NCBI GenBank assembly: GCA_016212045.1 | Contig: JACRHO010000114.1 | Span: 1 to 41,005, forward strand | Source of the DNA: Candidatus Omnitrophota bacterium | GTDB taxonomy: Bacteria > Omnitrophota > Gorgyraeia > Gygaellales > Profunditerraquicolaceae | Length of the DNA: 41,005 nucleotides | Direction: 5' to 3' | Shown: positions 19,098-28,279 of the stretch, in pieces | How positions within the stretch are numbered: the stretch's first letter is position 1 | How the letters are laid out: each line of letters begins with the position of its first letter | Made by a program: the position numbers and the translations under genes | Notes under the pieces: generated by a model | Seen by the model: the letters and a program-made list of their open reading frames with translations, nothing else | The model's database searches: none | What the model was told of the DNA's origin: nothing

Positions 19098-20236
19098 AGT
19101 TTATGCATTAAGTTAGCAAAACTATAAACGGCATTGATTACCCTATTTATTTCAGAATTTTTTAGGTCAGGATACAGAGGCAAGGTAATTATTTTTCTAT
19201 ATACTTCTTCGGTAACCGGTAAATAAGTTCTGTATGGCTCATATATGCAATAAAAGTGGTTGGGAAAATAATGGACGCCTGCCGATATACCTTTCGCTGC
19301 CAAGTAGTTTATTAATCTGTCTCTAAATTCATACGGCACCCTGATTACATAAAGATGATAAGCGCTCTTTACGTAAGGTTTCTCTCTAGTAAGAGTTATC
19401 CATTCAATCTTATTAAAGGCATTATTATAAATGGAGATAATTTGCCGACGGCGTTGATTCAATTTTTCTAATTTGCTTAATTGTACCAGCCCTATTGCAG
19501 AATGAATATCGTCTAAATGTTCTTTGAAACCAATCTCATCAACAGTGTATTGCCAGGAGTATTTCTTCTTTCCTTTAGCCCTATCCCAGGTGGTCCGGTT
19601 TATACCCATCCAGCGTAATCTCTGCAATCTCTCGGCGAATTTTTTATTATTAGTCGTAATCATCCCGCCTTCTCCCACGCTTAAGTTCTTGACTGCGTGA
19701 AAACTGAAACAGGTCAGATCTCCAAATGTACCGATGCGCCTGCCTTTGTATTGCGCGCCGCAGGCATGAGCTGCGTCTTCTACAAGATAAATTTTCCTGT
19801 CTTTGACAATATCTATAATCTCATCTAAATCCGCAGGATGCCCGCCATAATGCACAGGCAGAATAACTTTTGTTCTGGGGGTAAGCTTCCTTTTGATATC
19901 CCCTATATCCAATGTTAAAGTATCTTGCTCTATATCGGCAAAAACAGGCCTGGCATTATTATATATAATTGCGTGGTTTGTCGAGACAAAAGTCAAGGCA
20001 GTGGTAATTACTTCGTCTTGCGGCCTTAAATCTAACACCTTTAATGCCAAATGTAAGGCCGCGGTCCCTGAGTTTACACCGACAGCATATTTTACTCCAA
20101 TATAATCGGCAAATTTCTCTTCAAATTCTTGAGTTTTAGGACCAAGACCAATCCAGCCAGAAAAAAGAGCGTCCCTGACTGCTCTTACTTCCTTATTGTC
20201 CATCGACGGTTTAAATAACGGTATAATTCTTCCCAT
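19094..20236 (-). CDS. DegT-family PLP aminotransferase, ArnB-like (nucleotide-sugar 4-aminotransferase type)
   Basis: Motifs: SGWIGLGPKTQEFEEKF, LPVHYGGHPADLDEI, VEDAAHACG, FSFHAVKNLSVGEGG, TWDR, LPLYPDL. The pattern closely follows E. coli ArnB as I remember it. Confidence 0.85.
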   Translation of the reverse strand: MGRIIPLFKPSMDNKEVRAVRDALFSGWIGLGPKTQEFEEKFADYIGVKYAVGVNSGTAALHLALKVLDLRPQDEVITTALTFVSTNHAIIYNNARPVFADIEQDTLTLDIGDIKRKLTPRTKVILPVHYGGHPADLDEIIDIVKDRKIYLVEDAAHACGAQYKGRRIGTFGDLTCFSFHAVKNLSVGEGGMITTNNKKFAERLQRLRWMGINRTTWDRAKGKKKYSWQYTVDEIGFKEHLDDIHSAIGLVQLSKLEKLNQRRRQIISIYNNAFNKIEWITLTREKPYVKSAYHLYVIRVPYEFRDRLINYLAAKGISAGVHYFPNHFYCIYEPYRTYLPVTEEVYRKIITLPLYPDLKNSEINRVINAVYSFANLMHKL

Positions 20237-21349
20237 CTAACCTCCAAAATATCTTTCTAACAATTCCTTAAAACGCGGGGCATTAACTTTAACTGAAAAC
20301 CGCTCCTCTATAGTCCTTCTGGCATTCGCACCCATCCTTTGCCTAAACAGAGAGTCTTTGATTAGGTGCAATAACTTTTCGATCCATTCATCTTTTGAAT
20401 TGACTAAGAAGCCGTTTATTCCGTCATTAATTACTTCGGCATTAGTTTGGGTGTAAGAAACTACCGCGGGTATGCCTAGCGCCATATATTGCAGCATCTT
20501 GCAACCGAGCTTACCTTTTGTCCATTCATTATCCGGCATAGGCATAACCCCTATATCAAAACTCTGCAGATGCCCTACTTCTGTTTCAAGAACCCAATCA
20601 ACATTGGTTAAATCTACGCCTCTCAGTTTATACTGCCCGGCACCGATTAACTTAATCTTAATTTGGGATACCCTGGAGAGTTCTTTAAATATCTCATCCA
20701 ATATACCAAGGTAGATTGCTGTAGAAGGACTGCCAACCCAGCCAATCGTAATGTCTCTATTAACTTTTGTTTTTACAAAATAACGCTCGGTATCAATGGG
20801 CCCGGGAATAAGAAAGACATCCTGGCAATATTGCCGGACATAAGACCTGATGTATTCATTCTCCACGATCGCGAGCTTGCTTACTTTTAATATATTGGCG
20901 ACTTCCTGTGCTTTCGTACGCTCTTTAATGCGGCCAATCCAACTATTTTCTTTGGTATCGGGGATAAAAATAGCATCGTCTAAATCAAATATTATATTTT
21001 TATTTATATGTTTTAATAATTTCTCTAATCCAAATGGGAATGTTGTGCGCTGTAAAAATAATATCTTATATTGTGTTGCAAAAACTAGAATGGGGATAAA
21101 GCGAATTATCCTTTCGCAATTTATCCGCAGATAATATATTATTTTCCTTACGCCCTTAAATGTAGTAGAATTAATCATCTGCCTTGTAGTCGCATCGGAA
21201 ATTATGGAAAAAACTTTATATTTTATATTGTGCTCATTTAAATACGTCAGATACTGGTATATCCTATACCTAGTAGCGGCGACCCGGCTAGTGCCAAAGG
21301 GGATAAACAAAATAGTCAGATTAGGAGTTATATAGAATTTTTGATTCAT
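20237..21349 (-). CDS. GT-B fold glycosyltransferase (GT4-like)
   Basis: C-terminal nucleotide-sugar binding half with IGWVGSPST and the E-x7-E-like GCKMLQYMALGIPAVVS. Confidence 0.65.
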   Translation of the reverse strand: MNQKFYITPNLTILFIPFGTSRVAATRYRIYQYLTYLNEHNIKYKVFSIISDATTRQMINSTTFKGVRKIIYYLRINCERIIRFIPILVFATQYKILFLQRTTFPFGLEKLLKHINKNIIFDLDDAIFIPDTKENSWIGRIKERTKAQEVANILKVSKLAIVENEYIRSYVRQYCQDVFLIPGPIDTERYFVKTKVNRDITIGWVGSPSTAIYLGILDEIFKELSRVSQIKIKLIGAGQYKLRGVDLTNVDWVLETEVGHLQSFDIGVMPMPDNEWTKGKLGCKMLQYMALGIPAVVSYTQTNAEVINDGINGFLVNSKDEWIEKLLHLIKDSLFRQRMGANARRTIEERFSVKVNAPRFKELLERYFGG

Positions 21350-22461
21350 TTTTTCGCAAAGAATTTTTTCACCTGTTCAATAACAGTAGTTACGTCAGTT
21401 TGCGTCATATCAAAATATAAAGGCAAAGAAATAATTTCCTGCCAGACCATTTCCGTTACTGGCAGTTTTACCTTAAAGTCCTTAAATAACGGCTGGATAT
21501 GATTCGGAATATAATTAATCCCCGCTCCTACCCCGTTTTTATTAAGGTAATCCAGCAATTTGTCGCGTTTATTATTCTTGACTTTGATAACATAATTAAA
21601 CGGCGCGGTTTCTCTATAGTCTCTATAAAGAAGTTCAATCCCTGACATTCCTTTAAACGCATTATCGTATTCCCTGATGATCTGCCTTTTCTTCTCTAAT
21701 ACCCTATCTAATTTCTTAATCTGCGCAAGACCGATAGCTGCATTTATATTGCTCATATGATACCGAAAACCTGTGGTAACCACTTCGTAAACCCAGCTCC
21801 TCTTGTTTTTATACCTCTGCCATGTATCTTTATCAATGCCTAAAATTCTTTTGCGCATAATCTCAGCGGCTAAATCTTCATCATTTACGACTACCGCCCC
21901 TCCCTCCCCACAGGTTAAATTTTTGATGGGGTCAAAACTAAAACAGGTAATATCTCCAAATGCACCAATTCTTTTTCCTTTGTAGCTGGAACCAAAGGCG
22001 TGAGCAGCGTCTTCCACGATACGGACACTGGAATTCTTTGCTATATCCAATAAGGCCTCCATATCGCAAGGCAACCCCCCATAATGAACTGGCATAATAA
22101 CTTTTGTCCTTGAGGTAATGCGTCTTTTTACGTCTTCTATATCCATATTTAAAGTATTCGGGTCTATATCACAGAAAACAGGCCTTGCCCCAGCAGCAAT
22201 AATAGTTTGAATACTAGCCACAAATGTCAAAGAAGGAACAATAACTTCATCTGTGGTCTCTAAATTTAAAGCATCTAAAGCAATGTGTAGAGCAGAAGTA
22301 CCGGTGTTGACGGCAATGATATATTTTACTCCCAGGTAACCCTTAATGGCATTTTCAAATTCAAAAACCACCGAACCCATACCTAACCAGCCAGAAGCAA
22401 ATACCTTTTTTATTTCAGTTAATTCGTCTTCGCCTATTGACGGCCTTGCTATAGGAATCAT
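21346..22461 (-). CDS. DegT-family PLP aminotransferase, ArnB-like, paralog of 19094..20236
   Basis: Motifs: SGWLGMGSVVFEFE, MPVHYGGLPCDMEAL, VEDAAHAFG, FSFDPIKNLTCGEGG, TWQR, LPLYFDM. Confidence 0.85.
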   Translation of the reverse strand: MIPIARPSIGEDELTEIKKVFASGWLGMGSVVFEFENAIKGYLGVKYIIAVNTGTSALHIALDALNLETTDEVIVPSLTFVASIQTIIAAGARPVFCDIDPNTLNMDIEDVKRRITSRTKVIMPVHYGGLPCDMEALLDIAKNSSVRIVEDAAHAFGSSYKGKRIGAFGDITCFSFDPIKNLTCGEGGAVVVNDEDLAAEIMRKRILGIDKDTWQRYKNKRSWVYEVVTTGFRYHMSNINAAIGLAQIKKLDRVLEKKRQIIREYDNAFKGMSGIELLYRDYRETAPFNYVIKVKNNKRDKLLDYLNKNGVGAGINYIPNHIQPLFKDFKVKLPVTEMVWQEIISLPLYFDMTQTDVTTVIEQVKKFFAKK

Positions 22462-23402
22462 TATTTTACTCCTAACGCTATCAAAATATCTCCTTTATTA
22501 ATCAGAGTGAATATTTGTGCTAATAAGTTCAGGGTAGTATTCTGGAACCAATTTGTTTTGTTTTGGATCCTAAACCCGCGCAGTCCAATGCTAAAAATAA
22601 AAAATCTTATGGCATTAAAACCATTTAATTCGCACAATAACTTAAGAGAAGAGGTATTGTAACCATAGCAATGATAAGGATAATGCAGTGGAGAAAGATG
22701 CGCAGACCAATTTTTTCCCTTTAGCCGATAATAAATATTGATTGCCTGTAAGAGGAGGCTATCCATATTAGGAACTTCTATAAAAAGCAGACCTCCATTT
22801 TTTAGAACCTTCTTTATGCGCACCAACAACTCGTGCGGATTTTCAATATGCTCTAATACCATATTTAATGTAACAACGTCAAAATAGTCGTAGGGAAAAT
22901 TTGCTTCTTCCAGGGTTACATTCTGAATATCCAGATTATATTTATCCGCAGCATAATGGGCGAAATTCTGCGCAGGCTCTACGCCAAATGCCTCCCAGCC
23001 GCGTTTTTTAGCCAAAGCCAAAAATTCTCCTTTCCCAGACCCGATATCAAGGATCCTGCCTCTTTTCCCAGTAACTCTTTCAATTATATTTAAATTACGG
23101 GTAAATATCCTTAAGGGGTCTTCTTCACAGACAGATGCCCGATACTTTTCTGGCTCGTTATAAAAACCTAGCGTTACATCTTCAGGAATAACAATATAGG
23201 GATTCGTATAAACAAAACCACAGTTTCGGCATCTGACTATATTAGTAACTATGTGTTCGTCTTCCGAAGATAATAAAGGCGCATCGTTATATTCTAAATT
23301 TCCCCTGATGCCTAAGAATTTTGTCGTGTTACAGCCACAAACCTTACAAGTAATGTATCTGGTGTTGTATTGCATTTCCAAGCCTTGAGTAAATGTCTCC
23401 AT
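22461..23402 (-). CDS. Class I SAM-dependent methyltransferase with an N-terminal zinc-ribbon
   Basis: CKVCGC...CRNCGF zinc-ribbon, motif I ILDIGSGKGEF, then FDVVTLNMVLEHI. The start is uncertain: ATG 23402 overlaps the upstream gene by 59 nt, and the internal ATG 23375 overlaps it by 32 nt. Confidence 0.75.
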   Translation of the reverse strand: METFTQGLEMQYNTRYITCKVCGCNTTKFLGIRGNLEYNDAPLLSSEDEHIVTNIVRCRNCGFVYTNPYIVIPEDVTLGFYNEPEKYRASVCEEDPLRIFTRNLNIIERVTGKRGRILDIGSGKGEFLALAKKRGWEAFGVEPAQNFAHYAADKYNLDIQNVTLEEANFPYDYFDVVTLNMVLEHIENPHELLVRIKKVLKNGGLLFIEVPNMDSLLLQAINIYYRLKGKNWSAHLSPLHYPYHCYGYNTSSLKLLCELNGFNAIRFFIFSIGLRGFRIQNKTNWFQNTTLNLLAQIFTLINKGDILIALGVK

Positions 23403-24573
23403 ACTTTTCTATGCCCACCTGCAAAGAAAATCTTGACTCGGCAAGCCTACGGCACCTTGATTCTAATCCTTTATCTTCTTTTAATTTCAATAATTCTAAA
23501 AATGTGCGTTTATATTCTTCTTCCTTAAAATCATTAACTATGACTCCTACTTTGTGTTCTAAAATAATCTTTTCTATATCTCCGATCCCTTTACCACTCA
23601 CAACGGGTATGGCGCAACTTAAAAACTCTGCAAATTTGGTAGGAAAACAGGCTCTTTTAGAAAAGCCCAACGAAATAAATATAATGCCTGCATCTACAAG
23701 CAAAAGGTGTTCCGGAATCTTTTCAAAAGAGACCGCCTTGATAGTAATATCTCTTATAGCAATGCCCTTTTGCGAAATTAATCTTAAAATTTCTTCCCTT
23801 GGTGAATGTGTCAAGATTAAAAAATGTACATTAGAATTAACCTGTTTTGCGGCTTTAAAATAATCCAGCATTTCACCCTTCATATACCATGTCTCTAATG
23901 AACCTACATGCGCAAATACGAATTTACCGTCTAGATTATTCTTTCTTTTTAGCGCCATCCTTGTATTTAAGTCTGTTTTAAAGATATCTGTATCTGCGCA
24001 ACAGGGAATGGTAATGATATTACCAGAACCCCTCCTATGATTTCTAACTACAGAGTTTGCATATTCTGTCAATACGACTATTTCATCGGCGTGCTTAATG
24101 AATTCTTTCTCGAATGATTTAGCAACCCGATATATGATACTCTTCTTATCCCAGTGTCCGCATTCTGCTTTCTCATCTGCCCAAAAACCGCGCATATCAA
24201 AAATAAACTTAAGCCTGAATATCCGTTTTAGAAATAATGTAATTAAGCTGGGTACATATCCGCGGGCATGAACTATATCTAATTTTTCTATTTTGATAAG
24301 CATAAAGCTTAGCGTAAACCCCATAGTTACATCAAGAATAGTGGAAAGCACTGCCGGTTTTTTATGATATGGCAAACTGATCCATTTAATATTAAAATCT
24401 TCTAAGTCTTTTTTAAGCTGGCTCTCTTTTGTTTTATCTGTAAAATATTTTTTATCGAAAGTAAGTAAAACGAAACGTATCCCCCTTTTACTTAGTTCTT
24501 TAAGGTAAGGGATAATCTGGGATTGGCCTAACGGCTCAAGCAGCCCATCATAAGATATATATAAGGCTTTCAT
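23344..24573 (-). CDS. GT-B fold glycosyltransferase (GT4)
   Basis: The N-terminus MKALYISYDGLLEPLGQSQIIPYLKELS is typical of a GT4 subgroup. C-terminal FPTKFAEFLSCAIPVVS (E-x7-E-like). Confidence 0.75.
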   Translation of the reverse strand: MKALYISYDGLLEPLGQSQIIPYLKELSKRGIRFVLLTFDKKYFTDKTKESQLKKDLEDFNIKWISLPYHKKPAVLSTILDVTMGFTLSFMLIKIEKLDIVHARGYVPSLITLFLKRIFRLKFIFDMRGFWADEKAECGHWDKKSIIYRVAKSFEKEFIKHADEIVVLTEYANSVVRNHRRGSGNIITIPCCADTDIFKTDLNTRMALKRKNNLDGKFVFAHVGSLETWYMKGEMLDYFKAAKQVNSNVHFLILTHSPREEILRLISQKGIAIRDITIKAVSFEKIPEHLLLVDAGIIFISLGFSKRACFPTKFAEFLSCAIPVVSGKGIGDIEKIILEHKVGVIVNDFKEEEYKRTFLELLKLKEDKGLESRCRRLAESRFSLQVGIEKYGDIYSRLGNAIQHQIHYL

Positions 24574-25976
24574 TTATTAATACTATCCTTTGTTAAATCT
24601 AATCCAGACGGATTGAATACATAGATTAAGCCAATACTGGAAAAAACTAAAACAACTGGGGTAACGATATCTCTAAATCTAAAAATTGTTCCGATATTAG
24701 CTCCAGTGATAGCTAAAGCCGATGCAATTATAAAAAAATATAGAAATAAAATTGAAGCCTGTCTTAATCTATATCTAACTGATATTAGAGCCCCTATAGC
24801 AAAGAAGGGCATTAAGAAATACCAAAGAAGCATTTGCGGCATAGTTAAAAATATGGATTTACTATGTATGAACCGCCAAGGAAATGGTTCTAAAAGCATA
24901 TGCGTCCAGGCCTTACTAAGCACCGTTAAAAATTCAAGATATCCCATATTTAATTTAACGGGCTGCTCAGTGGACAAGAACTGGTAATATATGCCACCCT
25001 CTGAAATTGTTCCCTGATAAAAAACAATGGCCTTCTGGAGCATGCTGGAAAAAAGTAGATATAGATTCTCTTTAAATATCAAAATAAAAAATAGCGAAGC
25101 TAACGACGATACCGCGATGAAAAAAAACCGTTTCTTTCTATACAGATTCAATATAAATACTAATAAGAAATATAATAATACTATGATGACGTTTAGATAA
25201 ATAAACTCTATATAAGCCCTACGTATAGAAAACTGGGCTAAAATCGACAGCGATATCAAAATCAGATAATAAAATCGCTTTGTGCTATGAAATTTGATAG
25301 CTGACCAAATCATAAGATAGGCCAGAAATATAAGGCTTGTTTCTTTAAGATTGGTTATAGACCAAAAAAACATAGATGGCCAAAAAGCGACTAATATACT
25401 CGAGAGCACGGCAGGCTTTTTGCCAAAAATGTTTCTCACAATGGAATATATCAGTATTGCAATCAAGGCTCCCAGAAGGCAATTGATAAATCTTGATGCA
25501 ATGGGGCTGTAACCGAATAGAGTAAAGAATGTAGCCAATAAATAAATGTATCCTGTTGCACCATAAGGATTAGTAACCATGGCCTCTATTGTAATTGGAT
25601 GCATGGGTTTATTTAACCAATACATACTATTAAACAAGCCGCGCAGGGTATAATATCCGCTGTCATCAACGAGGTAGGGCGTAGAATAATCGGGATAGCC
25701 CATATGCGCATAATTTAATATCTTTCCGATATATATAGCAATAAACATAGACAATAAACTAACAATTATTCTTGAGCTTAAGGCTATGCTGAAAAGTAAC
25801 GAAAGAAACCTGCGTTCATCATTTTCGCCAATGCGGTTTATAAAAAATAATACTAACAAAGCGACAGAAAATATAAATACACTACCCGGAGAAAAAAATA
25901 GCAATAAACCCAAAATAAAACCCAGCAATATAACCATAGTATTCTTATTTTGAGAATATGTAATTGAGTTAATCAT
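24570..25976 (-). CDS. Polytopic membrane protein (GT-C-like glycosyltransferase or Wzy-like polymerase candidate)
   Basis: 468 aa, at least 10 hydrophobic helices, early acidic loop PYLVDDSGYY. No soluble-domain motifs recognised. Confidence 0.45.
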   Translation of the reverse strand: MINSITYSQNKNTMVILLGFILGLLLFFSPGSVFIFSVALLVLFFINRIGENDERRFLSLLFSIALSSRIIVSLLSMFIAIYIGKILNYAHMGYPDYSTPYLVDDSGYYTLRGLFNSMYWLNKPMHPITIEAMVTNPYGATGYIYLLATFFTLFGYSPIASRFINCLLGALIAILIYSIVRNIFGKKPAVLSSILVAFWPSMFFWSITNLKETSLIFLAYLMIWSAIKFHSTKRFYYLILISLSILAQFSIRRAYIEFIYLNVIIVLLYFLLVFILNLYRKKRFFFIAVSSLASLFFILIFKENLYLLFSSMLQKAIVFYQGTISEGGIYYQFLSTEQPVKLNMGYLEFLTVLSKAWTHMLLEPFPWRFIHSKSIFLTMPQMLLWYFLMPFFAIGALISVRYRLRQASILFLYFFIIASALAITGANIGTIFRFRDIVTPVVLVFSSIGLIYVFNPSGLDLTKDSINK

Positions 25977-27006
25977 TATAAACTAATTTTCTTGCGTTAA
26001 TTCCGAACTTCTTAAATAAATCTAGGAATTCCTTATTATTTATTTTTCTTTTGTGCATTAAACCGCGGCGCTTAGTGAACAATCCGGGGATTTTTATCAA
26101 AAAAGAAAAGTAAGCACTAAAAAGAATGATAATTGTTGCGGGAAGCGAAATCTTGTTGATAAACTTCTTAGCGGCGCCCTTATTTTTAAAGACCGACACT
26201 AGTTGCAGTGTATATCTTAGGCCTGTATAAAAAATAGTGCTCATTAAAAAAGAAACGGGATAACATTTAAATATAATACATAGCCTATTTCTTTCCGTAA
26301 AATATAATTTAATGCTAGAGTACTGCCCTCCTGTCTGCGATATCTTATGGTAAATTATGGCCTTAGGCACATAGATGGCCTTCCAATTCATCATACGGGC
26401 CCTTAAACCTAAATCGGTGTCTTCAACGTAGGCAAAGAAGTCTGAATCAAAAAGCCCAACCTCATTTAGCATCTTCCTTTTATATAAAGCGCCGCAACCC
26501 GGAGGCGATATCGTCTCATCTATGGTCTCGTATTGCCCAATATCTATTTCGAACCTTCCCCTTGCCTGGCTTAAGCCATCCTTATAAATAAGATGTCCCG
26601 TTCCGTCGATAATGCGCGGATTATAATAATTTAAGAGCTTTGCAGCGCACATGCCAATTTTGTCTTCGGTTCTGGCGGCAAGAATAAGTTGCTCAATACA
26701 TTCCCTATCTGTTTTGGTGTCGTTATTGACGAGTATGATAAATTCTCCTGAGGACTCTTCTATCCCTATATTATTCCCTTGGGCAAAGCCAGTATTATTA
26801 TTATTTTTTATCAGTTTTATCCGGCTGGCGTATTTTTCTTTAACTAACTTGCAGGAGTTATCGCTAGAGCCGTTGTCTACTAGAATTAACTCAATATCCC
26901 TGTAAGTTTGCACCAGAAGAGAATCTAAACATTCTTCTAATAAATGCGCTCCATTATAATTAACTACCACCACCGAAGCTAGGCCTTTTCTGGCATCTTT
27001 AATCAT
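25969..27006 (-). CDS. GT2 glycosyltransferase with C-terminal membrane helices
   Basis: Motifs: ASVVVVNYNG, ILVDNGSSD, ILVNNDT (DxD), YVEDTDLGLR. I chose the start at ATG 27006 (MIKDARKGLASVVVVNYNG, 8-nt overlap). The ORF track extends to 27042, which would give a 44-nt overlap. Confidence 0.75.
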   Translation of the reverse strand: MIKDARKGLASVVVVNYNGAHLLEECLDSLLVQTYRDIELILVDNGSSDNSCKLVKEKYASRIKLIKNNNNTGFAQGNNIGIEESSGEFIILVNNDTKTDRECIEQLILAARTEDKIGMCAAKLLNYYNPRIIDGTGHLIYKDGLSQARGRFEIDIGQYETIDETISPPGCGALYKRKMLNEVGLFDSDFFAYVEDTDLGLRARMMNWKAIYVPKAIIYHKISQTGGQYSSIKLYFTERNRLCIIFKCYPVSFLMSTIFYTGLRYTLQLVSVFKNKGAAKKFINKISLPATIIILFSAYFSFLIKIPGLFTKRRGLMHKRKINNKEFLDLFKKFGINARKLVYND

Positions 27007-28279
27007 ATATAGAATCTCTGGATAATCTAACCAAGGGAACACAGGCGAATATAATCAGATACGGTAATGCCGGAATACTTAAACGGGTCTCGGAAATAAA
27101 AACCATATGCAATAAAGTGAAATAAAATAATACCGAGTAAATGGGTAACAGTTTTTTCCAATTCTTGCGGCATAATACCATACCAATAATGCCGAATAAA
27201 AATATACCTACTGAAAAGGCCAGTACAAATAATTTCCAAAACAAAACGAATCTATATTCTTTGATTATATTAATATCTTTAAGAAAACTCGAGAAAGGTA
27301 TGTTCGTTCTATACAATCCGCTGTAGCTGCCTACCCATAGTTTTATTATTTTCTTTGGGAAAAAACTAATATAGCGAAAAGGATGATCTTTGATATTATT
27401 TATGGCCATCTTGAATAAAATCCTCTGGCGTTCGGCATGAAATTCCCTGTTATCCATTCCTTTTTCTAGCGAGTAGATATATATACTCTTCGTAAATTTT
27501 GATAATTCATCTTTGAGCTTAGGATTATCCTGATCGGCATTGCCTTCGCTAAAACTACTTACCCATAATACCCCTGCTCCACCGTCTATAAGAAACGGAT
27601 TAAAAGAACGGCCGTATAATATATAATTTCTTATATTGAATAATGCCCCTAAAATAATAATCGTAGATATAAACACTAATGTTGCCTTAAAAGCATATAA
27701 TTTACTTCTATAAAAGATAAATAGGCCTAAAATAATGAGTAGGGGTAATAATACCGGTGTTAATCTAAATTGCATACTTATCGTTAAAAAGACAGCTGAG
27801 ATAAAATAATATTTTAGCGATGACTTTTTCATAGCCATGACTAGAAAAAATACAGCACAGGCAAATAAAAACGTAAACATGCTCTCTGATATAAGATGGC
27901 TGGATACAATAAAAAGGCCCGGATGAAAAACTGAAAATATGGCTGAATAAAACCCTACCCGTTGATTAAATAAATCTTTGCCTATTCTATAAACTATAAT
28001 GCAGGTTAAGGACATAAAAATTGCCTGTATTATTTTTGCTGCCAAAACTGAATGCCCAAATATCAGATAGACTAGCGCTAAAAATGCAACAAATCCCTGT
28101 TTAAACCCCTGCTCAATATCCTCAAGGCCTGCGGCTGTATGTGTAATTTTCTGCGTCAGGTATACCGCTACCCTATCATACATAATCGCATCTTGCTCTA
28201 GGGGAATTTTTAAAGCAAAGATAACTATTAACTGCAATATGAAAGACAATAAAAATATAAAAATAATCCGCAGTTTCAT
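26999..28279 (-). CDS. GT-C fold membrane glycosyltransferase (GT39/GT83, ArnT/PMT_2-like)
   Basis: N-terminal TM helix followed by the loop PLEQDAIMYDRVAVYL, then at least 10 helices. This architecture is typical of PMT_2-like proteins. I chose the start at ATG 28279 (MKLRIIFIF), which forms an ATGA overlap with the upstream stop (checked on the DNA). The ORF track extends to 28330. Confidence 0.6.
   Translation of the reverse strand: MKLRIIFIFLLSFILQLIVIFALKIPLEQDAIMYDRVAVYLTQKITHTAAGLEDIEQGFKQGFVAFLALVYLIFGHSVLAAKIIQAIFMSLTCIIVYRIGKDLFNQRVGFYSAIFSVFHPGLFIVSSHLISESMFTFLFACAVFFLVMAMKKSSLKYYFISAVFLTISMQFRLTPVLLPLLIILGLFIFYRSKLYAFKATLVFISTIIILGALFNIRNYILYGRSFNPFLIDGGAGVLWVSSFSEGNADQDNPKLKDELSKFTKSIYIYSLEKGMDNREFHAERQRILFKMAINNIKDHPFRYISFFPKKIIKLWVGSYSGLYRTNIPFSSFLKDINIIKEYRFVLFWKLFVLAFSVGIFLFGIIGMVLCRKNWKKLLPIYSVLFYFTLLHMVFISETRLSIPALPYLIIFACVPLVRLSRDSIYD

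Noticed and set aside
21891-21898. Sense-strand GGCGGTAG, identical to the 8-nt core of the ops/JUMPStart element that recruits RfaH in enterobacterial polysaccharide operons.
   Set aside because: It lies inside the DegT coding sequence, where it encodes the conserved GEGGAVVV motif (gag gga ggg gcg gta gtc). Coding constraint therefore explains it. ops elements normally sit in 5-prime leaders, and RfaH-type control is not established outside a limited set of taxa. It would only be worth revisiting if a specialised NusG paralog is found nearby.
23393-23863. Plus-strand ORFs in the track: this 156-aa one, also 31633..32037, 35371..35745, 13744..14064, 6350..6658, 497..703 and the other plus-strand entries.
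   Set aside because: Every one lies fully inside a longer minus-strand gene that carries clear family motifs. Their translations are low-complexity (rich in S, L, I, F and K), have no recognisable motifs, and have no intergenic space or RBS of their own. They are antisense shadow ORFs of the kind expected in AT-rich coding DNA.
25120-25127. A8 homopolymer (T8 on the coding strand) inside membrane-protein gene 24570..25976, considered as a possible phase-variation slip-strand tract. A T7 run at 2684..2690 was also noted.
   Set aside because: Tracts of 7-8 A/T are expected by chance in DNA this AT-rich. Known contingency loci usually use longer tracts or poly-G/C. I saw no poly-G/C run longer than 5 anywhere in the window.
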